Assembly: GCA_963741925.1 (NCBI GenBank)
Contig: CAVUJU010000005.1
Coordinates: forward strand, 2,472,534-2,536,533
From: an uncultured Acidobacteriota bacterium
Lineage (GTDB): Bacteria; Acidobacteriota; Thermoanaerobaculia; Multivoradales; DATKCC01
Reading direction: 5' to 3'
DNA length: 64,000 bases
A model generated the notes under the pieces. It was not told the origin of the DNA. It searched no databases and saw only the letters and a program-made list of their open reading frames with translations. This document shows, piece by piece, positions 36,055 through 49,547 of this stretch (position 1 is the first letter of the stretch; every line of letters starts with the position of its first letter). Both the position numbers and the translations under genes were made by a program.

Positions 36055-36222
36055 CTAGTGGTCCGTCAACCTTCAATTGACGGGCCCCGACGGTCCTTCA
36101 CGCCGCTGGCGGCGTGGCTCCTCCTCGACGTAGGCCCCGCTACGCCTGCGTCGGAGCGCCTGGCCAGCGACGCGAAATCCTCGCCGGATACCTCTGTCAA
36201 ATGAAGATTGACGGACCACTAG
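36055..36222. mobile_element. MITE-like element (family C), 160 bp plus flanking CTAG
   Basis: 23-bp TIRs TGGTCCGTCAACCTTCAATTGAC and (reverse complement) TGGTCCGTCAATCTTCATTTGAC, each abutting CTAG; no transposase. Confidence 0.8.
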
Positions 36223-37600
36223 CGAAGCTCCGCCTCAAACCGACGAGGCGCCTGAAGCGTCTCCGGCGCCACGGGCCGATGGTCCCCCGCCCACGCCGAG
36301 CGATCACGGCTGCGCTCCTCGGAACGGCGACTCCAGACCGCTGGATTCATCGGATGCCCCCCGCAACCCCTCGATCCCCTTCCCACCCCACGGGGGGGAA
36401 GGGGACGGTTGACCGGATGCCCCCCGCAACCCCTCGATCCCCTTCCCACCCCACGGGGGGGGGGAAGGGGACGGTTGACCGGATGCCCCCCGCATCCCCT
36501 CGATCCCCTTCCCACCCCACGGGGGGGAAGGGGACGGTTGACCGGATGTCCCCCGCATCCCCTCGATCCCCTTCCCACCCCACGGGGGGGAAGGGGACGA
36601 TCGACCGGATCCCCCCCCGCATCCCCTCGATCCCCTTCCCACCCCACGGGGGGGAAGGGGACGCCCCCTCCCTCTCGGTCTGTTGCTCGAGGAGCTCGGC
36701 TCGTTCGTCACGATTCTGGCCTGATCAGACATCTAGACTAGGAGCCCGAGGGCCAGGAACCAGCCGTACCCAGGACCTGAGCTGGACAGGTCTCGCGCGG
36801 AGGCGCAGAGGCGCAGAGACGCGCCCCTGGAGTCGACCCGATTTCGGCGACACCTCGGAGGGGCCCCGAGTCGTAGACGCTCCACCGAATGCAACAGGCC
36901 CAGCCGTCCTCCTCTGCGTCTTTGCGCCTCTGCGCGAGAACACGACTTGTATCCCGCGAGCCTGGCGAAGCTCCGCCGCAAACCGAGGAGGCGCCTGAAG
37001 CGTCTCCGGCGCCACGGGCCGCTGGTCCCCCGCCCACGCCGAGCGATCACGGCTGCGCTCCTCGGAACGGCGACTCCAGACCGCTGGATTCCTCGGATGC
37101 CCCCCGCATCCCCTCGATCCCCTTCCCACGGGGGGGGAAAGGGGACGATCGACCGGATGCCCCCCGCAACCCCTCGATCCCCTTCCCACCCCACGGGGGG
37201 GAAGGGGACGGTTGACCGGATGCCCCCCGCAACCCCTCGATCCCCTTCCCACCCCACGGGGGGGAAGGGGACGCCCCCTCCCCGTATCGCTGCGCCGAAA
37301 AACTCGGCTCGTTCGTCACGATTCTGGCCTGATCAGACATCTAGTGAGGCTCCGCCTCAAACCGACGAGGCGTCTTGAGCGCCTTGGGCTTGCTGAGTCG
37401 CAGGTCCCCCTCCCACGCCGACCGATCACGGCTGCGCTCCTCGGAACGGCGACTCCAGACCGCCAGATTCCTCGGATGCCCCCCGCAACTCCTCGATCCC
37501 CTTCCAACCCCACCGGGGGGAAGGGGACGCCCCCTCCCGGTCTTGCGGCGGCTCGAGTCTCGGCTCGAACGTCATGATTTCGCTCCGATCAGACTTCTCG
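36219..37600 (+). repeat. Mosaic repeat cluster A-B-A-A containing 63-bp tandem arrays
   Basis: A heads at 36219, 36962 and 37341; B at 36737-36961; five tandem units at 36351-36663 and three at 37094-37273. Confidence 0.9.
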
Positions 37601-37706
37601 TGCGAGCTCCGAGATGGCTCCCTGCCACGCGTCTCACGAGGAGCGACGTTCACGAGTTGGGGAGCGGGTGGAAGATCGGGCGGCTTGATCCGCGTCCTCC
37701 TTCCAT

Positions 37707-40103
37707 GTGGACTTGCGACGCGCTCCGGCGCTGGTTCCGGCGGCGGGCTGTCTCCTGGGCACCTGGCTGGGCGGGGCGGCGATCTTCCTGCCGCCGGGGG
37801 CGGTGGTGGCTCTCGGCCTCCTGGGCGTCGGCTGGGGTCGCCGGGCGGGCCCGGTGGTGGCCGCCCTCGCCCTGGGGCTCCTGAGCGGACATCTCCGCCT
37901 CGCCCCGGCCCCCGGCGCCTGGCTGCCGGACCCCGACCGGCCGGTCGCCGCGCGGCTCGTGGTGGTGGGCCACGGCCGCCGCCTCGGCGGCACCTGGTCG
38001 GCGCCGGTGGAGATCGAGCGCCTCTCCCAGGGGCGCCGGGTCCGGACCCGGCGGCTCCGGGCCTATCTCCGCCTGCCGCGGCCGACCCGTGGGGACGGGG
38101 GGCTGCCGGCCTTCGGCGCCCGCCTGCGGGTCCGCGGCTACCTCTCCCGCCCCGCCCTCCTGGGCAACGATCCGCCGATGCCCGCCGGGCCGTGGCGGCT
38201 TCGGGTCAAGAGCCTGCGCCTGGTGACGACCATCGGCCGGCCGGGACCCCTCCACCGCCTGGCGGGGTGGCTCCGGCGCCGGACCGAAGCGGCGCTCGCG
38301 GTCTCCGCTCCGCGCGGTGGGCTCGGACTGCCGCTCGCCCGGGCGCTGGTGCTGGGCGATTCGAGCACCGTGCCGGGGCGCGTCCTCCGGGGCCTCCGGC
38401 GCCTCGGTCTGGCCCACCTCCTGTCGGTCTCCGGCCTCCACGTCGGCCTGGTCGCCGGGATCGCTCTGCTCTTCGCCGGCCTGCTGCCGGACGCGATCCC
38501 CGGGCGCACCGCGGTGCGGCGTGCCGCGGCCCTGGCGGCGGTCCTCGTCTACCTCCTGGCCGTCGGGCCCCGTCCGTCGCTGGTCCGCGCTTCGGTCATG
38601 GTGGTCCTCGTGGTCCTGGCGCTCGTCGCCCGGCGCCCGCCGAGCGTCGCCAACGCCCTCGCCCTCGCCGCGGCCTTGATCGCCCTGGTCCGCCCGGGAT
38701 CGGTGGCGGACCTCGGGTTTCGCCTCACGGTCGGAGCCACCGCCGGCCTGGTCCTCCTCGGGCCCCACCTGGTCCGGAGCTGGCAGGACGCCGGCGAGGG
38801 GCCGGCGTCGCCCACGCCGGGGAACACCGGCGGCCGGGGCGCTCGCGGCGGCGTCCGCCGGTCGCTCCTTCACGCCCTCGCCGCCAGCGCCGGGGCCCAG
38901 ATCGGGACCCTCCCGTGGGCCGTGCCCGCCTTCTGCCTGGTGAGCCCGGCGGCGCCGGTCCTCAACCTGGTGGCGGTCCCCTGGGCCGGCGTGGTCCTGA
39001 CGGCGGCGTTTGCCTGGGTGGGGCTGGCGGCCGCGAGCCCCGGACTGGGGAGGGCCGCCTTACCTGTGCTCGATCTGCTGGCCGCTCCCTTCGCATGGCC
39101 CGCGGCCGTCCCTCCCAGCCCCTGGACCAGCCTGCCCCTCGCCCTCGGGCCGTGGGGCGGGGCCCTCCTGGGAGCGGCGCTCTTCGCGGCTCTGCGCAAG
39201 CCGCGCCCGGGTCTCGCGCTGCTCGCCGCGGGCCTCGCGTGGGCGGTGCTCGCCGGCGCCGGGGTCCCCGCCGGCGGCGGCGGAGCCGTCCCGGAGGCCG
39301 TGATGATCGACGTCGGCCAGGGGGACTCGATCCTGCTCCGGGACGGGGACAGGGCGGCCCTGGTCGATGGTGGCGGCTGGCGCTCCGGCGACCTCGGCGG
39401 ACGGGTGCTGGTGCCGGTCCTCGCCCACCTCGGGCTGCGGCGGCTCGAGCGGGTGATCCTGACCCATCCGGACCGGGACCACTGCGGCGGCCTGGTGGAA
39501 GTGGCCGGCTACCTGGCGGTGGGGGAGGTCCTGACCGGCCCGGGCTGGCGCCGGGCGCCCTGCGCCCGCCGGCTCGCCGGCCTGCCGGGCGTCGAGCACC
39601 GGGTGGTCGCCGCCGGCGACCACCTCGAGGTCGGCCGCTGGCGCCTCCGGGTGCTGCACCCGCGGCGGGGCCGCGCCGGCCGCCCCGGGACGGGGGACAA
39701 CGACGCCTCGCTGGTGGTGGCGGCCGAGGTCTTCGGCCGTCGCCTGCTCTTGACCGGCGACGTCGAGGCGCCGGCCGAGGCGGAGCTGGTGGCCGAGGAG
39801 GGGAGGGGTGGAGGACTGGTCTCCGGCGTCTTGAAGGTCGCGCATCACGGCAGCCGCACCTCGACCACCGAGCGGTTCCTGGCGGCGGTCGCCCCTCGCC
39901 TGGCGCTGATCTCGGCGGGGCGCCGGAACCCCTACGGGCACCCCGCCGAGGAGGTGCTCGAGCGGCTCCGCCGCCACCGCGTCCAGGTGCTCCGGACCGA
40001 CCGCGACGGCATGATCGTGCTCCGGGTACCGGCCCCCGGCCGCCTCCACCTCCACCTGCCGGGACCTTCCTGGCGGGCCTCGCGCGATAACCTCGCCGAA
40101 TGA
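37707..40103 (+). CDS. comEC: DNA internalization competence protein ComEC/Rec2
   Basis: HLLSVSGLHVG competence domain; DVGQGDS, THPDRDH, KVAHHGS, NPYGHP metallo-beta-lactamase motifs. Confidence 0.92.
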   Translation: MDLRRAPALVPAAGCLLGTWLGGAAIFLPPGAVVALGLLGVGWGRRAGPVVAALALGLLSGHLRLAPAPGAWLPDPDRPVAARLVVVGHGRRLGGTWSAPVEIERLSQGRRVRTRRLRAYLRLPRPTRGDGGLPAFGARLRVRGYLSRPALLGNDPPMPAGPWRLRVKSLRLVTTIGRPGPLHRLAGWLRRRTEAALAVSAPRGGLGLPLARALVLGDSSTVPGRVLRGLRRLGLAHLLSVSGLHVGLVAGIALLFAGLLPDAIPGRTAVRRAAALAAVLVYLLAVGPRPSLVRASVMVVLVVLALVARRPPSVANALALAAALIALVRPGSVADLGFRLTVGATAGLVLLGPHLVRSWQDAGEGPASPTPGNTGGRGARGGVRRSLLHALAASAGAQIGTLPWAVPAFCLVSPAAPVLNLVAVPWAGVVLTAAFAWVGLAAASPGLGRAALPVLDLLAAPFAWPAAVPPSPWTSLPLALGPWGGALLGAALFAALRKPRPGLALLAAGLAWAVLAGAGVPAGGGGAVPEAVMIDVGQGDSILLRDGDRAALVDGGGWRSGDLGGRVLVPVLAHLGLRRLERVILTHPDRDHCGGLVEVAGYLAVGEVLTGPGWRRAPCARRLAGLPGVEHRVVAAGDHLEVGRWRLRVLHPRRGRAGRPGTGDNDASLVVAAEVFGRRLLLTGDVEAPAEAELVAEEGRGGGLVSGVLKVAHHGSRTSTTERFLAAVAPRLALISAGRRNPYGHPAEEVLERLRRHRVQVLRTDRDGMIVLRVPAPGRLHLHLPGPSWRASRDNLAE

Positions 40104-41026
40104 CGCGCCCGGCGGCCCCTCCGCCCCTGGTGGCCATCCTCGGGCCGACGGCGACCGGCAAGAGCGCCCTCGCCCTCGACCTCGCGGAGCGGCTCGGGGG
40201 CGAGGTGATCAACGCCGACGCCCTCCAGGTCTACCGCGGCTTCGACATCGGCACGGCCAAGCCGACCCCGGAGGAGCGCCGGCGGGTGCGCCACCACCTG
40301 GTGGACGTCCTCGAGCCCACCGAGCGGTACTCGGCGGGCGAGTTCGCCCGGCGGGCCCGCCGGGCGATCACGGAGATCCGCGGGCGCGGCGGCCGGCCGA
40401 TCGTGGTCGGGGGGAGCGGCCTCTACCTGCGGGCCCTGCTCGAGGGGATCAGCCCGGTGCCGCCCGGCGATCCCGAGGTGCGCGCGGCGCTCCGCCGGCG
40501 CCTCGGAGCCGAGGGCCTGGAGAGCCTCTACCGCGAGCTCGGCGAGGTCGACCCCGCCACGGCCGGGCGCCTCGCTCCGGGGGACACGCAGCGCGTGCTG
40601 CGCGCCCTCGAGGTGGCCGCGGTGAGCGGCACCCCTCTCTCCGAGTGGATCGCCCGGCGGCCCTATGGCGAGGAGCGCCTGGCCGCGGTCCGCCTTGGAT
40701 TGACGCTCCCGCGCACCGTACTGTACGATGCCATCGCACGCCGGGTGGGCCGCATGGTGGAGGGCGGTTGGGTCGAAGAAGTGGCACGCCTGCTCTCCCG
40801 AGGCCTGTCGCGTTCAGCCCCGGCGTTTCAGGCCATCGGCTATCGTGAGATGGCGCGCCACGTGACCGGCGCATGGAGCCTGGAACGCGCCGTGGACGAG
40901 ACGGTCCGGGCGACCCGCCGTTACGCCAAGCGCCAGTTGACCTGGTTCCGGAAGGAACCCGACATCGTCTGGCTCGACGCCCGGGATGACGAGCGCCTGT
41001 CGAGGCGTGTCGTCGAGCTCTGTTGA
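40100..41026 (+). CDS. miaA: tRNA dimethylallyltransferase
   Basis: GPTATGKS, DALQVY, GTAKP, VGGSGLY, YAKRQLTWF. Confidence 0.96.
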   Translation: MTRPAAPPPLVAILGPTATGKSALALDLAERLGGEVINADALQVYRGFDIGTAKPTPEERRRVRHHLVDVLEPTERYSAGEFARRARRAITEIRGRGGRPIVVGGSGLYLRALLEGISPVPPGDPEVRAALRRRLGAEGLESLYRELGEVDPATAGRLAPGDTQRVLRALEVAAVSGTPLSEWIARRPYGEERLAAVRLGLTLPRTVLYDAIARRVGRMVEGGWVEEVARLLSRGLSRSAPAFQAIGYREMARHVTGAWSLERAVDETVRATRRYAKRQLTWFRKEPDIVWLDARDDERLSRRVVELC

Positions 41027-41065
41027 CTCTGTCTGAGATCTCGTGAGGAGCCTCTGGGGGGACCG

Positions 41066-41293
41066 ATGGGCAAGCACAACATCAACATCCAGGACGGCTT
41101 CCTCTTTCAGAACCTGAAAGAGGGGCAGACGATGTACGTCGAGCTCGTCACCGGCAAGAGCCTGGTCGGCAAGCTCAAGCGGTTCGACCGCTTTGCGGTG
41201 GTCATCGAAGCGGAGGGAAAGGAGATCCTGGTTTACAAGCATGCCATCTCGACGATCACCACCTCCAACCCCTCAGAGAGCCCAGGCAGCTAG
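41066..41293 (+). CDS. hfq: RNA chaperone Hfq
   Basis: NIQDGFL...FDRF...LVYKHAISTI; directly after miaA. Confidence 0.92.
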   Translation: MGKHNINIQDGFLFQNLKEGQTMYVELVTGKSLVGKLKRFDRFAVVIEAEGKEILVYKHAISTITTSNPSESPGS

Positions 41294-41354
41294 CTTCCTC
41301 AGACCCCCAGATCACCGTGGCAGAGGAGCCTGGACGGCAGGAGCCCGCGGTCGC

Positions 41355-42734
41355 GTGAGCCTGCCGCGCAGGCTCCTGGTACCCGTCGTCCTCCTGAGCT
41401 GCGCGCTGTCGCTGGTCGCCGGGTGCACCTCGGCCGGCCGGCCGGAGAGCCCGGAGGCTCAGCCCGGAGAGGCCGCGACGGTGGGGGTCCCCGCAGCCGA
41501 GCGCCCCTACGTGGTGGACCCCCTGGAGGGCTATCCCCTGGTGCCGGCTCCCGCCCCCGCCGACGAGGTCCGGCGAGCCTTCCGCGCCCTCGCCCTCGAC
41601 GGCGGCACGGCGCCGGCCAGGGCGGCCGCGGAGCAGGTGCTCGCCGCCGATCCCGGCTTCCATCCGGCGCAGGTCCTCGAGGCCCAGGCGTCCTATCTCG
41701 AGGGGGACGCGGCCGCCGCCCTCCAGCGTCTCCAGCCGGTGATCCAGGAGCTGCCCGCCTACACGGCGGCGGAGCTCCTGGCGGGCCGGAGCGCCGAGGA
41801 CCTGGGGGAGGTCCCCCGGGCCTACACCGCCTTCCGCGCCGTCGCCGACCGCTCCTCGGTGGCCGCCGAGCGCGCCGGCGCGCTCGAGGCGCGCGCGATC
41901 GAGATCGTCGGCAACCGCTTCGACGACGCCCTCGCCCGCGGCCGGCTCGACGAGGCGGCCGGCCACCTGGGCCGTCTCGAGCAGTGGGCCCCGGACGCGA
42001 CTGCGACCCTCGAGGGTGCCCGCAAGCTGGCCGCCGCCCAGGGCGATCAGACGGCGGAGCTCGCCGCGGTGAAGAAGCTCCAGGAGGCGGGCGTGGACCG
42101 GCTCGATCTCGAGACGCGGCGGGCGGAGCTGGAGCTCCGGGTGGGCGACCCCTCCGAAGGGTTGCAGCGCTTCCAGCGCCTCGCCCGGGAGCACCCGGCG
42201 GACCCCGAGATCCAGGACGAGCTGGAGCGGGCGAAGTTCCGCTGGCGCCTGACCCTCCTGCCGCCCCAGGTCCAGGCGATCCCGCCCGAGACGGTGCTGA
42301 CCCGCGCCGACTTCGCGACGCTCGTCAACTGGCTGATCCCGGCGGTGCGCTCGGTCCGCGGGCAGGGGGGCGGCCGGATCGCCACCGACATCCTCGACCA
42401 CCCGCGGCGCGAGGAGATCGCCCGGGTGGTCAACCTGGGGTTGATGGAGGTGGACCCGACCCTCCACGCCTTCCATCCCGACCGGCCGATCGTGCGCTCG
42501 CAGGCCCTGGCCGCGCTGCTCCGCACCGTCCAGACCCTCGGCGGGCGGGCGGCGTGCCTCAGCTCGACCCCGCTCGGTCCACGCCCCACCGACGACGAGG
42601 TCTGCCTGGCGGCGGCCCGGTGCGGGATCGCGCCGTCGCCCGCGGACTGCCTGCCCGGCGCCACCCTGTCCGGTAGCGAGGCCCTGGAGATGCTTCGCCA
42701 CACCCTCGAACTGCTCTCGTCCAGCACACCTTGA
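41355..42734 (+). CDS. TPR-repeat lipoprotein with SLH-like C-terminus
   Basis: Lipobox VAGC, helical repeats, LGLM...FHPDRPIVRSQ motif. Confidence 0.7.
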   Translation: MSLPRRLLVPVVLLSCALSLVAGCTSAGRPESPEAQPGEAATVGVPAAERPYVVDPLEGYPLVPAPAPADEVRRAFRALALDGGTAPARAAAEQVLAADPGFHPAQVLEAQASYLEGDAAAALQRLQPVIQELPAYTAAELLAGRSAEDLGEVPRAYTAFRAVADRSSVAAERAGALEARAIEIVGNRFDDALARGRLDEAAGHLGRLEQWAPDATATLEGARKLAAAQGDQTAELAAVKKLQEAGVDRLDLETRRAELELRVGDPSEGLQRFQRLAREHPADPEIQDELERAKFRWRLTLLPPQVQAIPPETVLTRADFATLVNWLIPAVRSVRGQGGGRIATDILDHPRREEIARVVNLGLMEVDPTLHAFHPDRPIVRSQALAALLRTVQTLGGRAACLSSTPLGPRPTDDEVCLAAARCGIAPSPADCLPGATLSGSEALEMLRHTLELLSSSTP

Positions 42735-43309
42735 CCTTCCCGAACCTCCTCTCGATCCTGCGCATGGGGCTCGTGCCCCTGTTCATCATCGCGCTGGTCG
42801 GGAACGAGCCGCTGCGGGCGCTCCTGCTGTTCCTGATCGCCGGCGTCACCGACGGTCTCGACGGCTTCATCGCACGCTTCTACGCTCAGCAGTCCCACCT
42901 CGGGACCTTCCTCGACCCCATGGCCGACAAGCTGCTGCTCACCTCGGCCTACGTCATGCTGGCGATCCCGCCGGCCGGCGGCGGGTTCTCCATTCCGGTC
43001 TGGGTCTCGATCCTGGTGATCGCCCGCGACGTCCTCATCGTCGTCGTGGCGCTGGTGCTCTTCCTCGCCCTGGACGTGACCCGCTTCCTGCCGGCCGTCA
43101 TCGGCAAGATCACCACGGGGGTGCAGGTGGTGACCGTGCTCCTGGCGCTCCTCGCGCGCATCTCGCCCGCCTTCGAGGTGGCGGCCCTGGCCGCGGTCTT
43201 CCTCACCGCCGGGCTGACCGTGGCCTCCGGCTTCTACTACATCTATCGGGCGAGCCGGATGCCCGAGGGCCGCGCGCAGGGGCCTCCGCCCGACTCCGCG
43301 GCGGGGTAG
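42731..43309 (+). CDS. CDP-alcohol phosphatidyltransferase (PgsA-like)
   Basis: PNLLSILR; TDGLDGFIAR...GTFLDPMADK signature. Confidence 0.92.
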   Translation: MTFPNLLSILRMGLVPLFIIALVGNEPLRALLLFLIAGVTDGLDGFIARFYAQQSHLGTFLDPMADKLLLTSAYVMLAIPPAGGGFSIPVWVSILVIARDVLIVVVALVLFLALDVTRFLPAVIGKITTGVQVVTVLLALLARISPAFEVAALAAVFLTAGLTVASGFYYIYRASRMPEGRAQGPPPDSAAG

Positions 43310-43319
43310 GATGGCGCCC

Positions 43320-46754
<3,435 letters not shown>

Positions 46755-46834
46755 CCGGATCCCCCCGCACCACGGGGTGGATGGGGGGCGTGGTGGAGTC
46801 CCGACCCCGTGGGTCCGGGTAGACTGCTCCCGGC

Positions 46835-49547
46835 ATGGAGATCGTCACCACCCACCTGGGCGCCGACTTCGACGCCACGTGCGCCGTGCTCATGGCGCGC
46901 AAGCTCCACCCCGAGGCCGGGATCTTCTTCCCCGGCTCGAAGGAGGAGTCGGTTCGCCGTTTGCTCGAGGGGCCGTTCGGCAAGGAGCTCCCGTTCACCG
47001 AGCTCCGGCCCAAGGAGGTGGATCCGGCGCGCATCACCCGACTGGTGCTCTGCGACGTCGTCCAGCGCGACCGGATCGGCGTGGTCGCCGAGTGGCTCGC
47101 CGCCAACCCCGCCATCGAGCTCTGGGCCTACGACCACCACGCGCCCTCCGAGAGCGACCTGACGATCGCCGGCGGCCGGGTCGACCCGGAGGCGGGGTCC
47201 ACCTGCACCCTGCTGGCCGAGCTCCTGGACGAGGCGGGCTACGCCCCGGCGCCGGTCGAGGCCACCCTCCTCCTGCTGGGCATCTACGAGGACACCGGAT
47301 CGCTCGCTTACTCCGGCACCGGTCCCCGCGACCTGCGGGCGGCGGCGGGCCTCCTCGAGCGCGGGGCGGACCTCTCCGTCGTCCGGCGCCACGCCCTGCA
47401 GCGTCTCGATCCCAGCCGCTTCGACATCCTCCACCGCATGACCGAGGCCCTCGAGGTCGACCGGGTCCGCGGGCACCGCGTGGGCTTCGTGGCCCTGGAG
47501 CTCGGCGACTACGTCGACGAGCTGGCGCCGCTGGTCAACCGCTGCCTCGAGATCTTCGATCTCCCGCTCCTCTTCGCCCTGTTTGGCGAGGGCGACCGGG
47601 TGACGGTGATCGCCCGGGGCGACCAGCCCGGGGTCGACCTCGGCCGCCTGCTCGAGGCGTTCGCCGGCGGCGGCGGGCACGCGACCGCCGCCTCGGCGCG
47701 CCTCAAGGAGGTCACACCCCTCGAGGCCCGCGAGGCGCTCCGCGCCTTTCTCGAGCGGAGCCTGCCGCCCTCGGCGCGGGCCGCGGACCTCATGGTCACC
47801 GGCTTCTTCACCCTCGAGCCGGGCCGCACCGTCGCCGACGCCAAGGAGGCGCTCGTCGAGCGCCGGATCAACGCCGCGCCGGTCGTCGACCCGGACGGCC
47901 GGGCGATCGGCGTGGTCACGCGCCAGACCCTGGACGGCGCCATCCAGCACGGCCTGGGCGAGCGGCCGGTCGAGGCGGTCGCCGACCGCGACCTGGCGTG
48001 GGTCGCCCCGGACGAGCCCGCCGACGAGGTCGGGGAGCGCATGCTCCGGCGCCACCCCCGCCTGGTGCTGGTGGGAGATCCCGAGAGCGGCCGGGCGGCG
48101 GGTCTCGTGACCCGCATGCAGGTGCTTCGCCACCTTCACGGCCGCCTGCGCGAGGCGGGGAGCGGGGTCGAGCGCCGCCTCGCCCACCTGCCCGAGGAGC
48201 GGGCTTCGGTGGGGAAGCTTGCGCCGGCGGCTGGCGCCGCCGGTCTTCGCGCGGATCGAGACGATCGCCGAGGTCTCCCGCCGCCACGGGATCCCGGTCT
48301 ACCTGGTGGGGGGCATCGTCCGGGACCTGCTCCTCGAGCGGGAGAACCGGGACCTCGACCTGGTGGTGGAAGGGGACGGCCCCTACTTCGCCCGCTTCCT
48401 GGCCGCGGAGCTCGGCGGGCGGGTGCGCGTGCACGAGGCCTTCCTGACCGCCGTCGTGGTCGATCGGGAGGGCTTCCACGTCGACGTCGCCACGGCCCGG
48501 AGCGAGTTCTACCGGGCCCCGGCGGCGCTGCCCGAGGTCCAGACCTCGCCCGTGCGCCAGGACCTCTACCGCCGCGACTTCACCATCAACACCCTCGCCG
48601 TGCGCCTGGGGCCGGAGCCCTCGCCGGAGCTGATCGACTACTTCGGCGGCCGCCGCGACCTCGAGAACCGGCTGCTGCGGGTGCTCCACAGCCTGTCGTT
48701 CATCGACGACCCGACGCGGGTCCTGCGGGCGGTGCGCCTGGAGCTCCGGCTGGGCTTCGAGATCACCCCCGAGACCCTGCACCTGGTGGAGGTGGCCCTG
48801 GCCGAAGGGGTCTTCGACCGGCTCTCGGGCAGCCGGCTGCGCGAGGAGCTGGTCCTGCTGCTCGACGACCCGGCGCTCGCCGCCCGCGGCCTCGAGCGCC
48901 TCGAGGGCCTGGGCGTCCTGGCCGCCCTCCATCCGGCGCTCCGGCTCCGGGAGGGGGACCGGGAGCGGCTCCGGCGCGTGGTGGCGGCCTGGAACTGGTA
49001 CGTGGTCGAAGGCCTCGACGAGCCGCGCGCCGCGCTCTGGCGGCTGGTGCTCCTGGCGCTCATCCAGCCCGGCGGGGAGGCGGAGGAAGCGGCCGCCGCC
49101 GGCGCCGAGGCCCTCGCCGAGCGGCTCATGCTCGCGGGCGACGACCGGGCCCTCCTGGTGGGAGCGGCGGACCGGCTGGCCCGGGCGCGGGCCCTCCTCG
49201 CCGAGCCGGCGGTGGCCCCCCATCGAGTCGCCAGGAGCCTCGAGCAGCTCGCCGGCGAGGAGGTCCTCCTCCTGGTGGCCTCGGCGGAGGAACCGGTCCG
49301 CGGCTGGGCCCGCCGCTACCTGACCGAGCTTCGGCGCCTCACCCTGACCGTCCGGGGGCGCGACCTGGTGGCGCGCGGCGTCGCTCCCGGGCCGCTCGTG
49401 GGCAAGGCCCTGGCCGCGGTGCGCGACGCCCGCCTCGACGGCGAGATCGGCCCCGAGGAAGAGCTCCGCCTGGCGCTCGACGTCGTCCGCCGGGAGGGGC
49501 CGCCGGAGCCGGCGATGGCCGCCCCGGCGGGGGAGGGCGGGCGATGA
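46835..49547 (+). CDS. DHH/DHHA1-CBS-tRNA nucleotidyltransferase fusion (CCA/A-adding type), frameshifted at about 48218
   Basis: ADFDA, DHH, GGGH and a CBS pair in the first frame; VGGIVRDLL, DLDL, RRDFTIN, DDPTR in the frame starting 48219. Confidence 0.88.

Noticed and set aside
36351-37273. Possible CRISPR array
   Set aside because: The units are near-identical head-to-tail repeats with no unique spacers, and there are no cas genes in the window
36114-37884. ORFs with repeated peptides (MPPATPRSPSHPTGGKG...) and similar ORFs at 14.6-15.3, 28.2, 34.0-34.5 and 62.2 kb
   Set aside because: These are translations of the non-coding repeat families; several frames are open because the 63-bp period is a multiple of 3 and stops are rare
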